From positions 5,850 to 69,849 of the forward strand of contig JAHAZJ010000022.1 in the NCBI GenBank assembly GCA_018385315.1: DNA of 64,000 bases, read 5' to 3'. Of this stretch, positions 46,691 through 55,809 are shown piece after piece. Each line of letters begins with the position of its first letter. The stretch's first letter is position 1. The position numbers and the translations under genes were made by a program. Origin of the DNA: Treponema sp. (lineage in GTDB: Bacteria; Spirochaetota; Spirochaetia; Treponematales; Treponemataceae). Below the pieces are notes generated by a model, which saw nothing but the letters and a program-made list of their open reading frames with translations, was not told the origin of the DNA and did not search any database.

Positions 46691-47608
46691 ATGAACCATA
46701 AAACTTTTGTATTTTTTGATTGTGAATGTGCTAATACCTTTGATGGAGTTGGTAAAATTTGCTCCCTGGGTTATGTTATTGCTGATGATGAATTAAACAT
46801 TATTGAGTCTGAAGATGTTGTAATGAATCCGGAATGTGAATTTGACTGGTATTTATTTAGCGGAAAAGGCGGATGTCAACTGGCTTATTCTAAGGATTAC
46901 TTTAGATTAAAACCAAATTTTGATGCATATTTTAGAGATATTAAAAAACTTTTTACTACAGGAAATCGTTATATTGCAGGATTTGCAGTTTCCAACGATG
47001 TTGGTTTTGTAAATAGTGCTTGTGAACGTTATTCAAAAGATTATATTCAGTTTAGGGCTTTTGATGTAGAAAAGTATCTTGAACAGACTTATGGAAAAAA
47101 ACAGAAGCTGGTAGAGTGGGCAGAAGAGCTTGGTGTAAATGTTGCTAAATATCAAAGTCATAAATCTGTTGATGATGCAATTATGACTATGCTTTGTTTA
47201 AAAGCTGAATGTAATAAAAAGGGAAAATCAGTTGAGCAAATTCTTACTGAAAATAAAGGAATGTATATTTCAAGTGAGCAGATGCTTATTCAGCAGGAAG
47301 AACGGGCTTACAGAAAAGAAATGACTGAAAAAATTAAACGATTGTATGGAAAGAAAAATCCAAAGCCTAAGTTTAAAACTGTTTTAGGTAAAAAATTTGA
47401 ATTTGATCATCATTTGCTTAAGGATGTGGATACAGCTTTTGATTTAATTCGTCAGATTTATGATAATGGTGGCTCGGTATATGAACACCTGGTAGGGCAG
47501 GGAACGGTTATCTGTTTAAAGGAGCCTTCACAAGAGTTTGGGGGAAAGTGTAAAAATAAAGGGCTGGAAGTTATTACTGTTGAACAAATTGATGAAATAT
47601 TAAAATAA
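46691..47608 (+). CDS. DEDDh 3'-5' exonuclease (DnaQ-like) with probable C-terminal BRCT-like domain
   Basis: ExoI FFDCECANT, ExoII GFAVSNDVGFV, ExoIII HKSVDDAIMT. The C-terminal LGKKFEFDHHL...IYDNGGSVYEHLVGQGTVICLKEP...KNKGLEVITVEQIDEIL has a BRCT-like pattern; the BRCT part is weaker. Confidence 0.7.
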   Translation: MNHKTFVFFDCECANTFDGVGKICSLGYVIADDELNIIESEDVVMNPECEFDWYLFSGKGGCQLAYSKDYFRLKPNFDAYFRDIKKLFTTGNRYIAGFAVSNDVGFVNSACERYSKDYIQFRAFDVEKYLEQTYGKKQKLVEWAEELGVNVAKYQSHKSVDDAIMTMLCLKAECNKKGKSVEQILTENKGMYISSEQMLIQQEERAYRKEMTEKIKRLYGKKNPKPKFKTVLGKKFEFDHHLLKDVDTAFDLIRQIYDNGGSVYEHLVGQGTVICLKEPSQEFGGKCKNKGLEVITVEQIDEILK

Positions 47609-47630
47609 AAATAAGAGAGACCTGGAAATT

Positions 47631-48467
47631 ATGATTCTTAATATTTTAAATAAAGTTTTGAGTTTGTTGTTTGGAATTGGATGTAGCTGCTATTATTTTT
47701 ATTGCCATCAGTTTTGGACCTGTGAAAATATATTAAAAGGAATTGGTGCAGGGATTATATTTTTTATGTTTGCCTGGCTCTGCATATTCTTATTAATCTG
47801 GTTATTTTTTTTAGGAGTTGCATTAACTATTAATACAAAAAAAGAATATTCCAGGGTTTCAAAAATTTATTACGGTATTTTCAATTTTTGGTATTCTTAT
47901 ATATGTTCATTAACAGGAATGAAGATTAAGGTTACCGGCTTAGAAAAAATGCCTTCTGGGACACGTTTTCTGACAGTCTGTAATCATCGTTCTAATTTTG
48001 ATAATATGGTCCAGAGTGCTGTCCTTAAGCATGAAAAAATTGCTTATATTTCAAAAATAGAAAATTTTAAAATTCCATTTGCTTGTCAATATATGACCAG
48101 AGCATTGTATTTGCCAATAGATAGAGGTCATCCTAAAAAAGCTTTAGAAACTATTACAAAAGCTATAGGATATATTAATAACGATATAATTTCAGTTGGT
48201 GTTTTTCCGGAAGGTTCAAGAAGTAAAAATTGTGAGTTAAAAAGATTTAAAGCAGGATGTCTTCGTGTTGCTGAAAAAACAGGTTGTCCTATTGTTGTGT
48301 GTACAATTCAGGGAACAGAAAAAGTTCATAAAAATTTCCTATGGAAGAAAACTGTTGTAAATTTTGATATACTTCGGGTTTATTCGACAGATGAAGTAAA
48401 GGCTAGTTCAACAGTGAAACTAGCAGATGAAATTAGAGAATTAATGTTAGAGAAACTGGGGAAATAA
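47631..48467 (+). CDS. plsC: 1-acyl-sn-glycerol-3-phosphate acyltransferase
   Basis: N-terminal TM helices, HX4D motif NHRSNFD, FPEGSRS motif. Confidence 0.8.
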   Translation: MILNILNKVLSLLFGIGCSCYYFYCHQFWTCENILKGIGAGIIFFMFAWLCIFLLIWLFFLGVALTINTKKEYSRVSKIYYGIFNFWYSYICSLTGMKIKVTGLEKMPSGTRFLTVCNHRSNFDNMVQSAVLKHEKIAYISKIENFKIPFACQYMTRALYLPIDRGHPKKALETITKAIGYINNDIISVGVFPEGSRSKNCELKRFKAGCLRVAEKTGCPIVVCTIQGTEKVHKNFLWKKTVVNFDILRVYSTDEVKASSTVKLADEIRELMLEKLGK

Positions 48468-49324
48468 TGATTTACGTATTTTTTAATCCTTTATCAAATA
48501 ATAAAAAAGGGACTTTAGCAGAAATAGAATTAAGAAAGATTTTTGCTGAAAAAGAACTGGAGTTTGTTGATATTACAACTGTAAAAAATGCTGCAGATGA
48601 ATTAAAAAAACTTAACGAAGATGATGAAATTGTCATTGCAGGTGGAGATGGTACTTTAACTCGTTTTGCAGACGATATTTATGATATTAAGAATAAGCAA
48701 AAAATATTTTTATATCCATGCGGAAGCGGAAATGATTTTTTTAATGACATAAAAAGTACCTGTGAATTTGAAAATAAACTGGTTCCAATAAATAAGTATC
48801 TTGAAAGTTTACCAGAAGTAAGTGTGAATGGTATTAAACGTCATTTTATTAATGGAATTGGTTATGGAATTGACGGATATTGCTGTGAAGAAGGTGATAG
48901 AATTCGATCTACTTCAGACAAGAAGGTTAATTACACTTTAATTGCTTTAAAAGGTCTTTTGTTCAAGTTTAAAGCAAGAAATGCAACTATAACTGTAGAT
49001 GGTGAAACAAAATCTTATAAAAAGGTATGGCTTGCTCCAACAATGATAGGCCGCTTTTATGGTGGTGGAATGATGATTACACCAATGCAGGATCGTTTAA
49101 ATAAAGAAAAATTGGTTACTGCTGCTGTTTGCCACTCTGCAACAAAATTCAAAATTCTTTCTGTTTTTCCAAAAGTTTACAAGGGAAATCATGTTTCTCA
49201 CACCGAGATTCTTGAATTTAGGACAGGACATGAAGTTACAGTTGAATTTGATAAACCTACAGCATTACAAATAGATGGTGAGACAGTAAGAAATGTTATA
49301 TCATATTCTGTAAAATATAATTAA
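48467..49324 (+). CDS. diacylglycerol-kinase-family lipid kinase (DAGK_cat)
   Basis: IVIAGGDGTL motif and YegS/DagK-like length. ATGA overlap with plsC. Confidence 0.8.
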   Translation: MIYVFFNPLSNNKKGTLAEIELRKIFAEKELEFVDITTVKNAADELKKLNEDDEIVIAGGDGTLTRFADDIYDIKNKQKIFLYPCGSGNDFFNDIKSTCEFENKLVPINKYLESLPEVSVNGIKRHFINGIGYGIDGYCCEEGDRIRSTSDKKVNYTLIALKGLLFKFKARNATITVDGETKSYKKVWLAPTMIGRFYGGGMMITPMQDRLNKEKLVTAAVCHSATKFKILSVFPKVYKGNHVSHTEILEFRTGHEVTVEFDKPTALQIDGETVRNVISYSVKYN

Positions 49325-49348
49325 GGAAATAAATTAAGGAAATATAAG

Positions 49349-49936
49349 ATGCTTTTTATTTTTGATATGGGCGGCGTGGTAACAACAACTTTTAAGGTTA
49401 GTTCAATGTACCACCAGCTTAAAATGCCAGAAGAAAAATTTAAGGAAATATACAAATCAAAAGGATATAATTTATTTGATGCCCTTCAGCGAGGTGAAAT
49501 TAATATAAAAGAATTCTGGAAAGAATTTAATAATAGAATTAAAGACACTGAATATCCACAAGTGAAATATGATTTATTCAGATTATGTTTTAATCCTGTT
49601 TTGAATGAAGAAACTGTTTCGTTGATAAAAGATTTAAAGAAAAAAAATCGGGTTATTTGTGGTACAAATACATTGGATAGCCATTGGGAAAATCATATGG
49701 AAAGAGGAGATTACGCTCTATTTCACAAAACTTACCCATCAAATAAAATGGGGGTAGTAAAACCTGATCCAGAATTTTTTAAAGTTATTCTTGCAGCCGA
49801 AGGTTGTAAAGCCCAGGATTCTTTTTTTGTTGATGACAGAATGGAAAATGTAAAAGGAGCTGAAAGTGTGGGAATAAATGCCGTTCAGTTTACAACAGCA
49901 AAGGAATTACGTAAGCTTTGGGAAAAATGGATTTAG
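49349..49936 (+). CDS. HAD-superfamily hydrolase
   Basis: Motif I-like IFDMGGVV (the second Asp is not conserved), CGTNT, and motif IV FVDDRMENVKGAESVG. Confidence 0.65.
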   Translation: MLFIFDMGGVVTTTFKVSSMYHQLKMPEEKFKEIYKSKGYNLFDALQRGEINIKEFWKEFNNRIKDTEYPQVKYDLFRLCFNPVLNEETVSLIKDLKKKNRVICGTNTLDSHWENHMERGDYALFHKTYPSNKMGVVKPDPEFFKVILAAEGCKAQDSFFVDDRMENVKGAESVGINAVQFTTAKELRKLWEKWI

Positions 49937-49951
49937 AAGAAGGAAAATAAA

Positions 49952-50554
49952 ATGGAAGATATTGAAATTAATCAGTTACCAAAATGTGTACATTGTGGAA
50001 CTCAGGAAAATCTTGGAAAATATGAAACTCCAGAAGGTGTTTCCCTTTTGTGCCAGGATTGTGCAGCAGAACTTAATAAAAAAGTAGAAACTTATAAGGA
50101 ACAAAAAAATCATTTTGTATCTGGATTTTTTGCCAGTCTTTTAGGTGCTATTGCTGGTTCTGTTTTGTGGATTGCTCTTGGAATGATAAATTTTTATGCC
50201 AGTTTTGCAGGATATGCCATTGCTTTTGCAGCTTTCTGGGCCTATTCAAAAGCAGGTGGCAAGCTTACTAAGGCTGGCGTTGTGATTAACATTGTAACTG
50301 TTATTGTGGGAATTCTTTTTGCAGAATATACCGGTCTTGTTTTAGCAATTTGGAGAGCTAATCCTGGTTATTCATTCATTGAATACGTTGCATATATAAA
50401 CAGCATTTTGTTTTTACCAGAATTTTTGAAATCAGAATGTATAAATTTTGTATTAGGAATTTTATTTGCATTTTTAGGATGCCACAATATTATTAGAAAT
50501 AATATGACCACCGCAAAGAAAATGGAAAATTTCTGGATTAAAAAGATTGATTAA
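49952..50554 (+). CDS. membrane protein with N-terminal zinc-ribbon (CxxC...CxxC) and ~4 TM helices
   Basis: CVHCGTQ...CQDCAAE followed by hydrophobic helices. Function unknown. Confidence 0.5.
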   Translation: MEDIEINQLPKCVHCGTQENLGKYETPEGVSLLCQDCAAELNKKVETYKEQKNHFVSGFFASLLGAIAGSVLWIALGMINFYASFAGYAIAFAAFWAYSKAGGKLTKAGVVINIVTVIVGILFAEYTGLVLAIWRANPGYSFIEYVAYINSILFLPEFLKSECINFVLGILFAFLGCHNIIRNNMTTAKKMENFWIKKID

Positions 50555-50568
50555 GATTGAGGCGAAAC

Positions 50569-51876
50569 ATGAGTAGTAATAATTTTCCACGAGTGTTCTT
50601 AAATAAAAATGAAGAAAAAGAAATTCAACAGGGATATCCTTGGGTTTTTGATAATGAAATCTCCCATTTAAAGCATCGTGCAGATGAAAAATCTGAATGG
50701 AAAAATGAGAATTTAAAAGAATGTTCTGTGCCAGATGGTACTGTTGTAGAAATTTATACAAAGGCAGGTGGATTTTTAGGAACTGGTGTTTTTAATAAAA
50801 AATCAAAAATCACAATCAGAATTATTGGTAGTGAACATGCCGACCAGATTCTTGAAGATACAGAAGCTTATTGGGAAAAGAAAATTCAAAATGCCGTTGA
50901 ATTAAGAAAGCTTTATTATAGTGATTTAGATTCCTATCGTCTTATTTTTGGTGAAGCAGATTTAATTCCAGGTCTTATTTGTGAACGTTTCTGTGATGAA
51001 GAAAATCGTGTTTTTTTAGTAATTCAGTTTCTTTCAATGAGTTGTGACTTATTTAGAAAAGACATTTTAAAAGCTTTGGTTAAAATTTGTGAACCAGATG
51101 GAATTTATGAACGTTCAGATGCTTCTGTTCGTGAAAAAGAAGGTTTACCTCTAATTTCGGGTTGGCTTAATCTGGATGATGAAGATTTTTCTGTTGCAGC
51201 AAAAGGTACAAAATGTGCAGATAATTCTGGTGTTTTCACAATTATTGAAAATGGAATTAAACTTGGCGTTGATATTGAAAATGGTCAGAAAACGGGTTAC
51301 TTCCTTGATCAGAAATTTAATAGAACTGCGGCTGCCCAATTCTGCAAAGGAAAAAAAGTTCTTGATACTTTTACCCATACAGGTGCCTTTGGGCTTAATG
51401 CCGTAAAAGCGGGTGCTGTTGATGTTACATCTGTTGATATTTCTCCTGAAGCCGTAGAAATGGTTAATCATAATATTAAAATTAATCATGCTGAAAAGGT
51501 TATGAAAGGTGTTTGTGCTGATGTTTTTGACCTTTTGAAAAAATATGAGGCTGATGGTGAAAAGTTTGATGTAATTATTCTTGATCCACCTGCATTTACA
51601 AAATCTGCAAAAATGATTGAAAAGGCTTATGGCGGATATAAGGAAATCAATCTTAGAGCAATGCGTCTTTTAAATGAGGGAGGAATTCTTGTTACCTGTT
51701 CCTGCTCATACTTTATGGAATCAAATATGTTCTGTGATATGATTATGCATGCTGCAATGGATTCTCATAAACGAGTTCAGATTCTGGAAAAACGGGGTGC
51801 TGGTCCTGATCATCCTGTTTTATTAGGTTATCCGAAATCTGAATATCTAAAATGTGTAATTTGTAAAATTAATTAG
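50569..51876 (+). CDS. rlmI: RlmI-like class I SAM-dependent rRNA (cytosine-C5) methyltransferase with PUA-like N-domain
   Basis: EKEIQQGYPWVFDNEI N-terminus, GYFLDQ, motif I VLDTFTHTGAFG, motif IV IILDPPAF. Start moved from TTG 50557 to ATG 50569. Confidence 0.8.
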   Translation: MSSNNFPRVFLNKNEEKEIQQGYPWVFDNEISHLKHRADEKSEWKNENLKECSVPDGTVVEIYTKAGGFLGTGVFNKKSKITIRIIGSEHADQILEDTEAYWEKKIQNAVELRKLYYSDLDSYRLIFGEADLIPGLICERFCDEENRVFLVIQFLSMSCDLFRKDILKALVKICEPDGIYERSDASVREKEGLPLISGWLNLDDEDFSVAAKGTKCADNSGVFTIIENGIKLGVDIENGQKTGYFLDQKFNRTAAAQFCKGKKVLDTFTHTGAFGLNAVKAGAVDVTSVDISPEAVEMVNHNIKINHAEKVMKGVCADVFDLLKKYEADGEKFDVIILDPPAFTKSAKMIEKAYGGYKEINLRAMRLLNEGGILVTCSCSYFMESNMFCDMIMHAAMDSHKRVQILEKRGAGPDHPVLLGYPKSEYLKCVICKIN

Positions 51877-51885
51877 GATAAATAA

Positions 51886-52833
51886 ATGGCGGAAACAAAG
51901 AAATATAATTGTATTATTCTCTTAGGACCTACTGCTGTTGGGAAGACAGCCATAGGTGTTGCATTGGCACATCATTTTAATGGAGAAATTATTTCTGCAG
52001 ATTCCCGCCAGACTTACTGCAAGTTAGATATTGGTTCTGGAAAAGATTTGGCAGAGTATCAGGTAAATGGTATTCCAGTTCCATATCATTTAATAGATAT
52101 TATTAGTCTTCCGGCGGAATATACTGTTTATAATTACCAGCAGGACTTTTACAAAGCGTTTAAAGACATTCAAGCACGTGGAAAACTTCCAGTGGTTGTA
52201 GGTGGAACAGGAATGTATCTTGATGCTATTGTGCGGGATTATCAGCTGGTAAATCTTCCTGAAAATAAAGAGCTGCATGAGCAGTTAGAGGCAACTCCAT
52301 TAAAAGTTCTTGCTGCCCGGCTTTTAGAATTACAACCAGATTTACATGTTAAGGCTGATTTACAGGAAAAGGATAGAGTTATAAAGGCATTGGAAATTAT
52401 TGAAGCAAAAAAAGCCGGATATGATACCACTTCTGTTGATCGTCCACAAATTAATCCACTTATTATAGGTACAACTTTACCCCGTCCATTAATGTGGGAA
52501 AACATTTCCATTCGTCTAAGGGAACGTCTTGAAGGTGGCATGCTGGAAGAGGTTCAAGGTATTCATGATAGTGGAATAAGCTGGGAACGGCTGGAAAAGC
52601 TGGGACTGGAATACAGGTTCTGTTCTCAATATCTGCAGGGAAAAATTGAATCTAAAGATATGCTTTTTGATCAGCTTTTTATTGCTATCAGACAATTTGC
52701 AAAAAGACAGGAAACCTGGTTTCGAATGATGGAAAAGAAAGGTGTTGAAATTAACTGGCTGATTCAAGATAAAAGTAAAGAAAAGAGAATTAATCAGGCA
52801 ATTGAACTTGTATCCCAGAAATTAAAATCTTAA
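51886..52833 (+). CDS. miaA: tRNA dimethylallyltransferase
   Basis: P-loop LLGPTAVGKTA, ISADSRQTY, GGTGMYL. Confidence 0.9.
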   Translation: MAETKKYNCIILLGPTAVGKTAIGVALAHHFNGEIISADSRQTYCKLDIGSGKDLAEYQVNGIPVPYHLIDIISLPAEYTVYNYQQDFYKAFKDIQARGKLPVVVGGTGMYLDAIVRDYQLVNLPENKELHEQLEATPLKVLAARLLELQPDLHVKADLQEKDRVIKALEIIEAKKAGYDTTSVDRPQINPLIIGTTLPRPLMWENISIRLRERLEGGMLEEVQGIHDSGISWERLEKLGLEYRFCSQYLQGKIESKDMLFDQLFIAIRQFAKRQETWFRMMEKKGVEINWLIQDKSKEKRINQAIELVSQKLKS

Positions 52834-52843
52834 GTGAAAAACA

Positions 52844-53644
52844 TTAAGAAATATTCAGTAATGCTTTAAAATTTTCCAGAAGTTTATTTTCTATAACTGT
52901 TCCATCCTGCTTTTGCAGAATACAAATTGCTTCATATATAGTTTTTATGTCATTGATTTTAGTGTATGGTTGGTTTTTCAGTGTTTGATATGGAGCGTCA
53001 GTTTCTGCCAGCAGCTTTTCCAAGGGCAACTTTTTTACACATTCAATTACGTGTTTATTATTATTAATCATTTGTTTACCAAAACTAAAATATCCATTTA
53101 TTCCCCGCTTTAATAGACTTTCTGCTTCTGTAACAGAGCCCATAAAGGAATGAAATAAGACGGCTGGAATTTTTTTTAATTTTTTTGCATTTTCAAAAAG
53201 TTTTTCGTTTGCTTTTCTGCAGTGTATAATCAAAGGCTTATTATATTTTAGTGCAAGCTCCATTTGTCCATGAAACATTTTTTCCTGCTCATCTTTATGA
53301 TTTTTAAATTCTTCTGTAAAAAAATCAAAGCCCGCTTCACCAATTGCCCAAACTTTGTTTTTTATGTTTGATTCTTTTTCTTTGGAAAGGAGTGTTTCTA
53401 AAAATGAAAGATTATCATCAATGTTAATTAATCCTGCTGATTGAGGATGAAGTCCAAAGGCTGAATAAAGATGAATATTAGAAGGTAAGCTTATATTAAG
53501 TTGTTTTTCCCATTCGTCAATAAAGAGAGCCGTGGAACAACCATAATATTCTGAATCAAAACTTTGTAATTCTGATAAAAAATTTGGGATATTTACCACA
53601 TGAAAATGAGAATCACAAAAAATTTTTGATTTTTTTTCTAACAT
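52844..53644 (-). CDS. TatD-family metal-dependent hydrolase
   Basis: N-terminal DSHFH, IGEAGFD, LIIHCR, FHSF and ETDAPY motifs. Confidence 0.85.
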   Translation of the reverse strand: MLEKKSKIFCDSHFHVVNIPNFLSELQSFDSEYYGCSTALFIDEWEKQLNISLPSNIHLYSAFGLHPQSAGLINIDDNLSFLETLLSKEKESNIKNKVWAIGEAGFDFFTEEFKNHKDEQEKMFHGQMELALKYNKPLIIHCRKANEKLFENAKKLKKIPAVLFHSFMGSVTEAESLLKRGINGYFSFGKQMINNNKHVIECVKKLPLEKLLAETDAPYQTLKNQPYTKINDIKTIYEAICILQKQDGTVIENKLLENFKALLNIS

Positions 53645-53651
53645 ATTTTTT

Positions 53652-53680
53652 ATTATATCCGAAAATAAAGTAAGTGACCA
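53652..53680 (-). promoter_or_regulatory. candidate promoter of the tatD-family gene (TGGTCA-17-TATAAT, 7 nt before ATG)
   Basis: Minus strand reads TGGTCA (53680-53675), 17-nt spacer, TATAAT (53657-53652), AAAAAAT, ATG 53644. No SD. Confidence 0.3.
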
Positions 53681-53741
53681 AAATATTTGGAAATTATTTT
53701 AGTAATTTAATGATAAGTTATCATTTTAATAGGGGATAGAA

Positions 53742-53954
53742 ATGAAAAGCTACACACTTAAAAGTATTGGAAAAAACACAGATTACATGACAATTCTTAG
53801 AGAAATGGAAGATGGTTTTGTAGTAAAAATCGTTCGTGATATGGACGGCTACGAAGATATTAAAACAGATTATATCAGCAAGGAACTTTTTGAAAGTTGT
53901 ATTCGCACTGGATATCTTACAGAAATTAAAGAAAAAGTTGCTGTAAATGCTTAA
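53742..53954 (+). CDS. small hypothetical protein (70 aa)
   Basis: SD AGGGGA upstream and a strong terminator downstream. No motif. Confidence 0.45.
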   Translation: MKSYTLKSIGKNTDYMTILREMEDGFVVKIVRDMDGYEDIKTDYISKELFESCIRTGYLTEIKEKVAVNA

Positions 53955-53985
53955 TATTGAAATTAATAAGATTTAATATAAAAGG

Positions 53986-54018
53986 GGCTGTTATTTTTAA
54001 ATAACAGTCTTTTTTTTT
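53986..54018 (+). terminator. rho-independent terminator
   Basis: GGCTGTTA-loop-TAACAGTC followed by T9. Confidence 0.7.
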
Positions 54019-54074
54019 AACTAGTTATAAATAAAAAGGTAACATTTTTTTTTGAAATTTGTTATATTAATATT

Positions 54075-55802
54075 ATGAATAAAGAAAAACGTTTTTGTAT
54101 TTATAATTTTGTAGAGTTTATTTGTTGTATTGTTTTCACACTTATTTGTATTAACTTTAAGTTTGATATTTCCCTTTTAGCATTTCCAGTTGCAGCTTTA
54201 ATAACAGCGGCTTCCATTTATTTTGGTTTCTTTAAGATGATTAAAACAAAAGATGCCAGAAAATCCATTGTGTATTATAAATTGGTTCAATATCTTCCTT
54301 TTGTTATGCTTTTTTCTTTTATTGTAAGAAGAGCTGGAAAAGAAGGTACATCTTTTGCTTATGATATTATAAGCGTTATTTTATGGTGTTTAATTTTTAT
54401 TTCATCCATTTTGGTTTCATATTTTTTGAATCCGAAAAGACTAAAAAATCAACTTACTTCGTATAAAACTCAGCAGGAAAAAAAGAAGAAATTTTCCCTT
54501 GGTAAAAAAATTGGTTTTGAAATTATTGATTGGGTAGATGCTCTTATTCAAGCCGTTTTCATGGTTCTTTTAATTCAGATTTTTGTAATTCAACTTTATC
54601 AGATTCCATCAGAATCTATGGTTCCTCAGTTTTTAATTGGAGATAGAGTTGCTGTTACAAAAGTAAATTGTGGTCCTAAATTTCCACTTACAGATGTAGG
54701 GCTTCCAACTTTTACAAAATATAATCGTGGTGATGTTGTTGTTTTAAGAAATCCTCATTACAGAATCGATCGTAAGTCTGAAGTAAAGAGTGTTGTTTCC
54801 CAACTGGTTTATATGCTTTCACTTACAACGGTTAATCTAAATACTGATGAATATGGTAATCAGAAATATGATCCTCTTGTAAAGCGTATATGTGGTCAGC
54901 CAGGTGAACAGCTGGTTATGCAGGATGGAGTTTTGTATGCCCGAACAAAGAATAATCCAGATTTTACTCCAGTTGATTTAGATAATAAATATGCAACCTG
55001 GAATTTGAATGCTTTACCAGCAAGTCAGAAAAATATGGTACGTGATTTAAGAATGTCTTCAGCAGATTACCAACAGATGCTGGAATATGAAGAACAACGT
55101 CGTAATTTTGATTTGAATGCTGCCGCTTTTAGAGCAAACCAGATTATCAAAAATGTAAAAAATCTTGCTACCCATGATCTTTCTGCTGATTTTTCTGCAC
55201 CAGATTTAGATAATACTAATATTTTTATTTCTGCACCTACAATTGCCGGCGAAATGGCCTATAGCAAAAAAGGGTTGGAATGGTTCGAAAAATTCATGAC
55301 ATCCTGGATTAATAATATAGATTCTTATAGAGATATTTATGAAGAAGCTAATTTTAAAATGAATGTTATGATGAAAATGAAATTTGGTGAATTAATTTTG
55401 CGTTATTCTGAATTGTTTGCTAGTGGTAAAACCTATAGTGAACTTAGTAATGATGAAAAGGTTGACCAGATTAAAAAAGAAGCAAATATTATGGTTTGGT
55501 ATGTTTCATTCTTGTTAGATGAAAGAAATATGCCTGTTTTCCCTGCTAATGCTTCTGATGGAAATCCTCAGTACATTCCAGAAAATTGCTATTTTATGAT
55601 GGGAGATAATCGTTTTAATTCTTTGGATTTGCGCCATAGTAATGATTCTTTTGTTAAAGCTCTTACTGTTGATGATAATATGTCATTAACTTATTCATCT
55701 ATGATGGAACCTCAGTATATTAATAAAAAATTTATTGTTGGTAAGCCTGTTTTAACAATTTGGCCCTTAAGCCGGGCGGGAAAAATTAGTTCAAAAAATT
55801 AG
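54075..55802 (+). CDS. lepB: signal peptidase I, long multi-TM spirochaete-type
   Basis: Several N-terminal TM helices, catalytic Ser box IPSESMVPQF, RGDVVVLRNP, catalytic Lys region KRICGQPGE, GDNRFNSLDLR. Confidence 0.85.
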   Translation: MNKEKRFCIYNFVEFICCIVFTLICINFKFDISLLAFPVAALITAASIYFGFFKMIKTKDARKSIVYYKLVQYLPFVMLFSFIVRRAGKEGTSFAYDIISVILWCLIFISSILVSYFLNPKRLKNQLTSYKTQQEKKKKFSLGKKIGFEIIDWVDALIQAVFMVLLIQIFVIQLYQIPSESMVPQFLIGDRVAVTKVNCGPKFPLTDVGLPTFTKYNRGDVVVLRNPHYRIDRKSEVKSVVSQLVYMLSLTTVNLNTDEYGNQKYDPLVKRICGQPGEQLVMQDGVLYARTKNNPDFTPVDLDNKYATWNLNALPASQKNMVRDLRMSSADYQQMLEYEEQRRNFDLNAAAFRANQIIKNVKNLATHDLSADFSAPDLDNTNIFISAPTIAGEMAYSKKGLEWFEKFMTSWINNIDSYRDIYEEANFKMNVMMKMKFGELILRYSELFASGKTYSELSNDEKVDQIKKEANIMVWYVSFLLDERNMPVFPANASDGNPQYIPENCYFMMGDNRFNSLDLRHSNDSFVKALTVDDNMSLTYSSMMEPQYINKKFIVGKPVLTIWPLSRAGKISSKN

Positions 55803-55809
55803 ATTTTTT

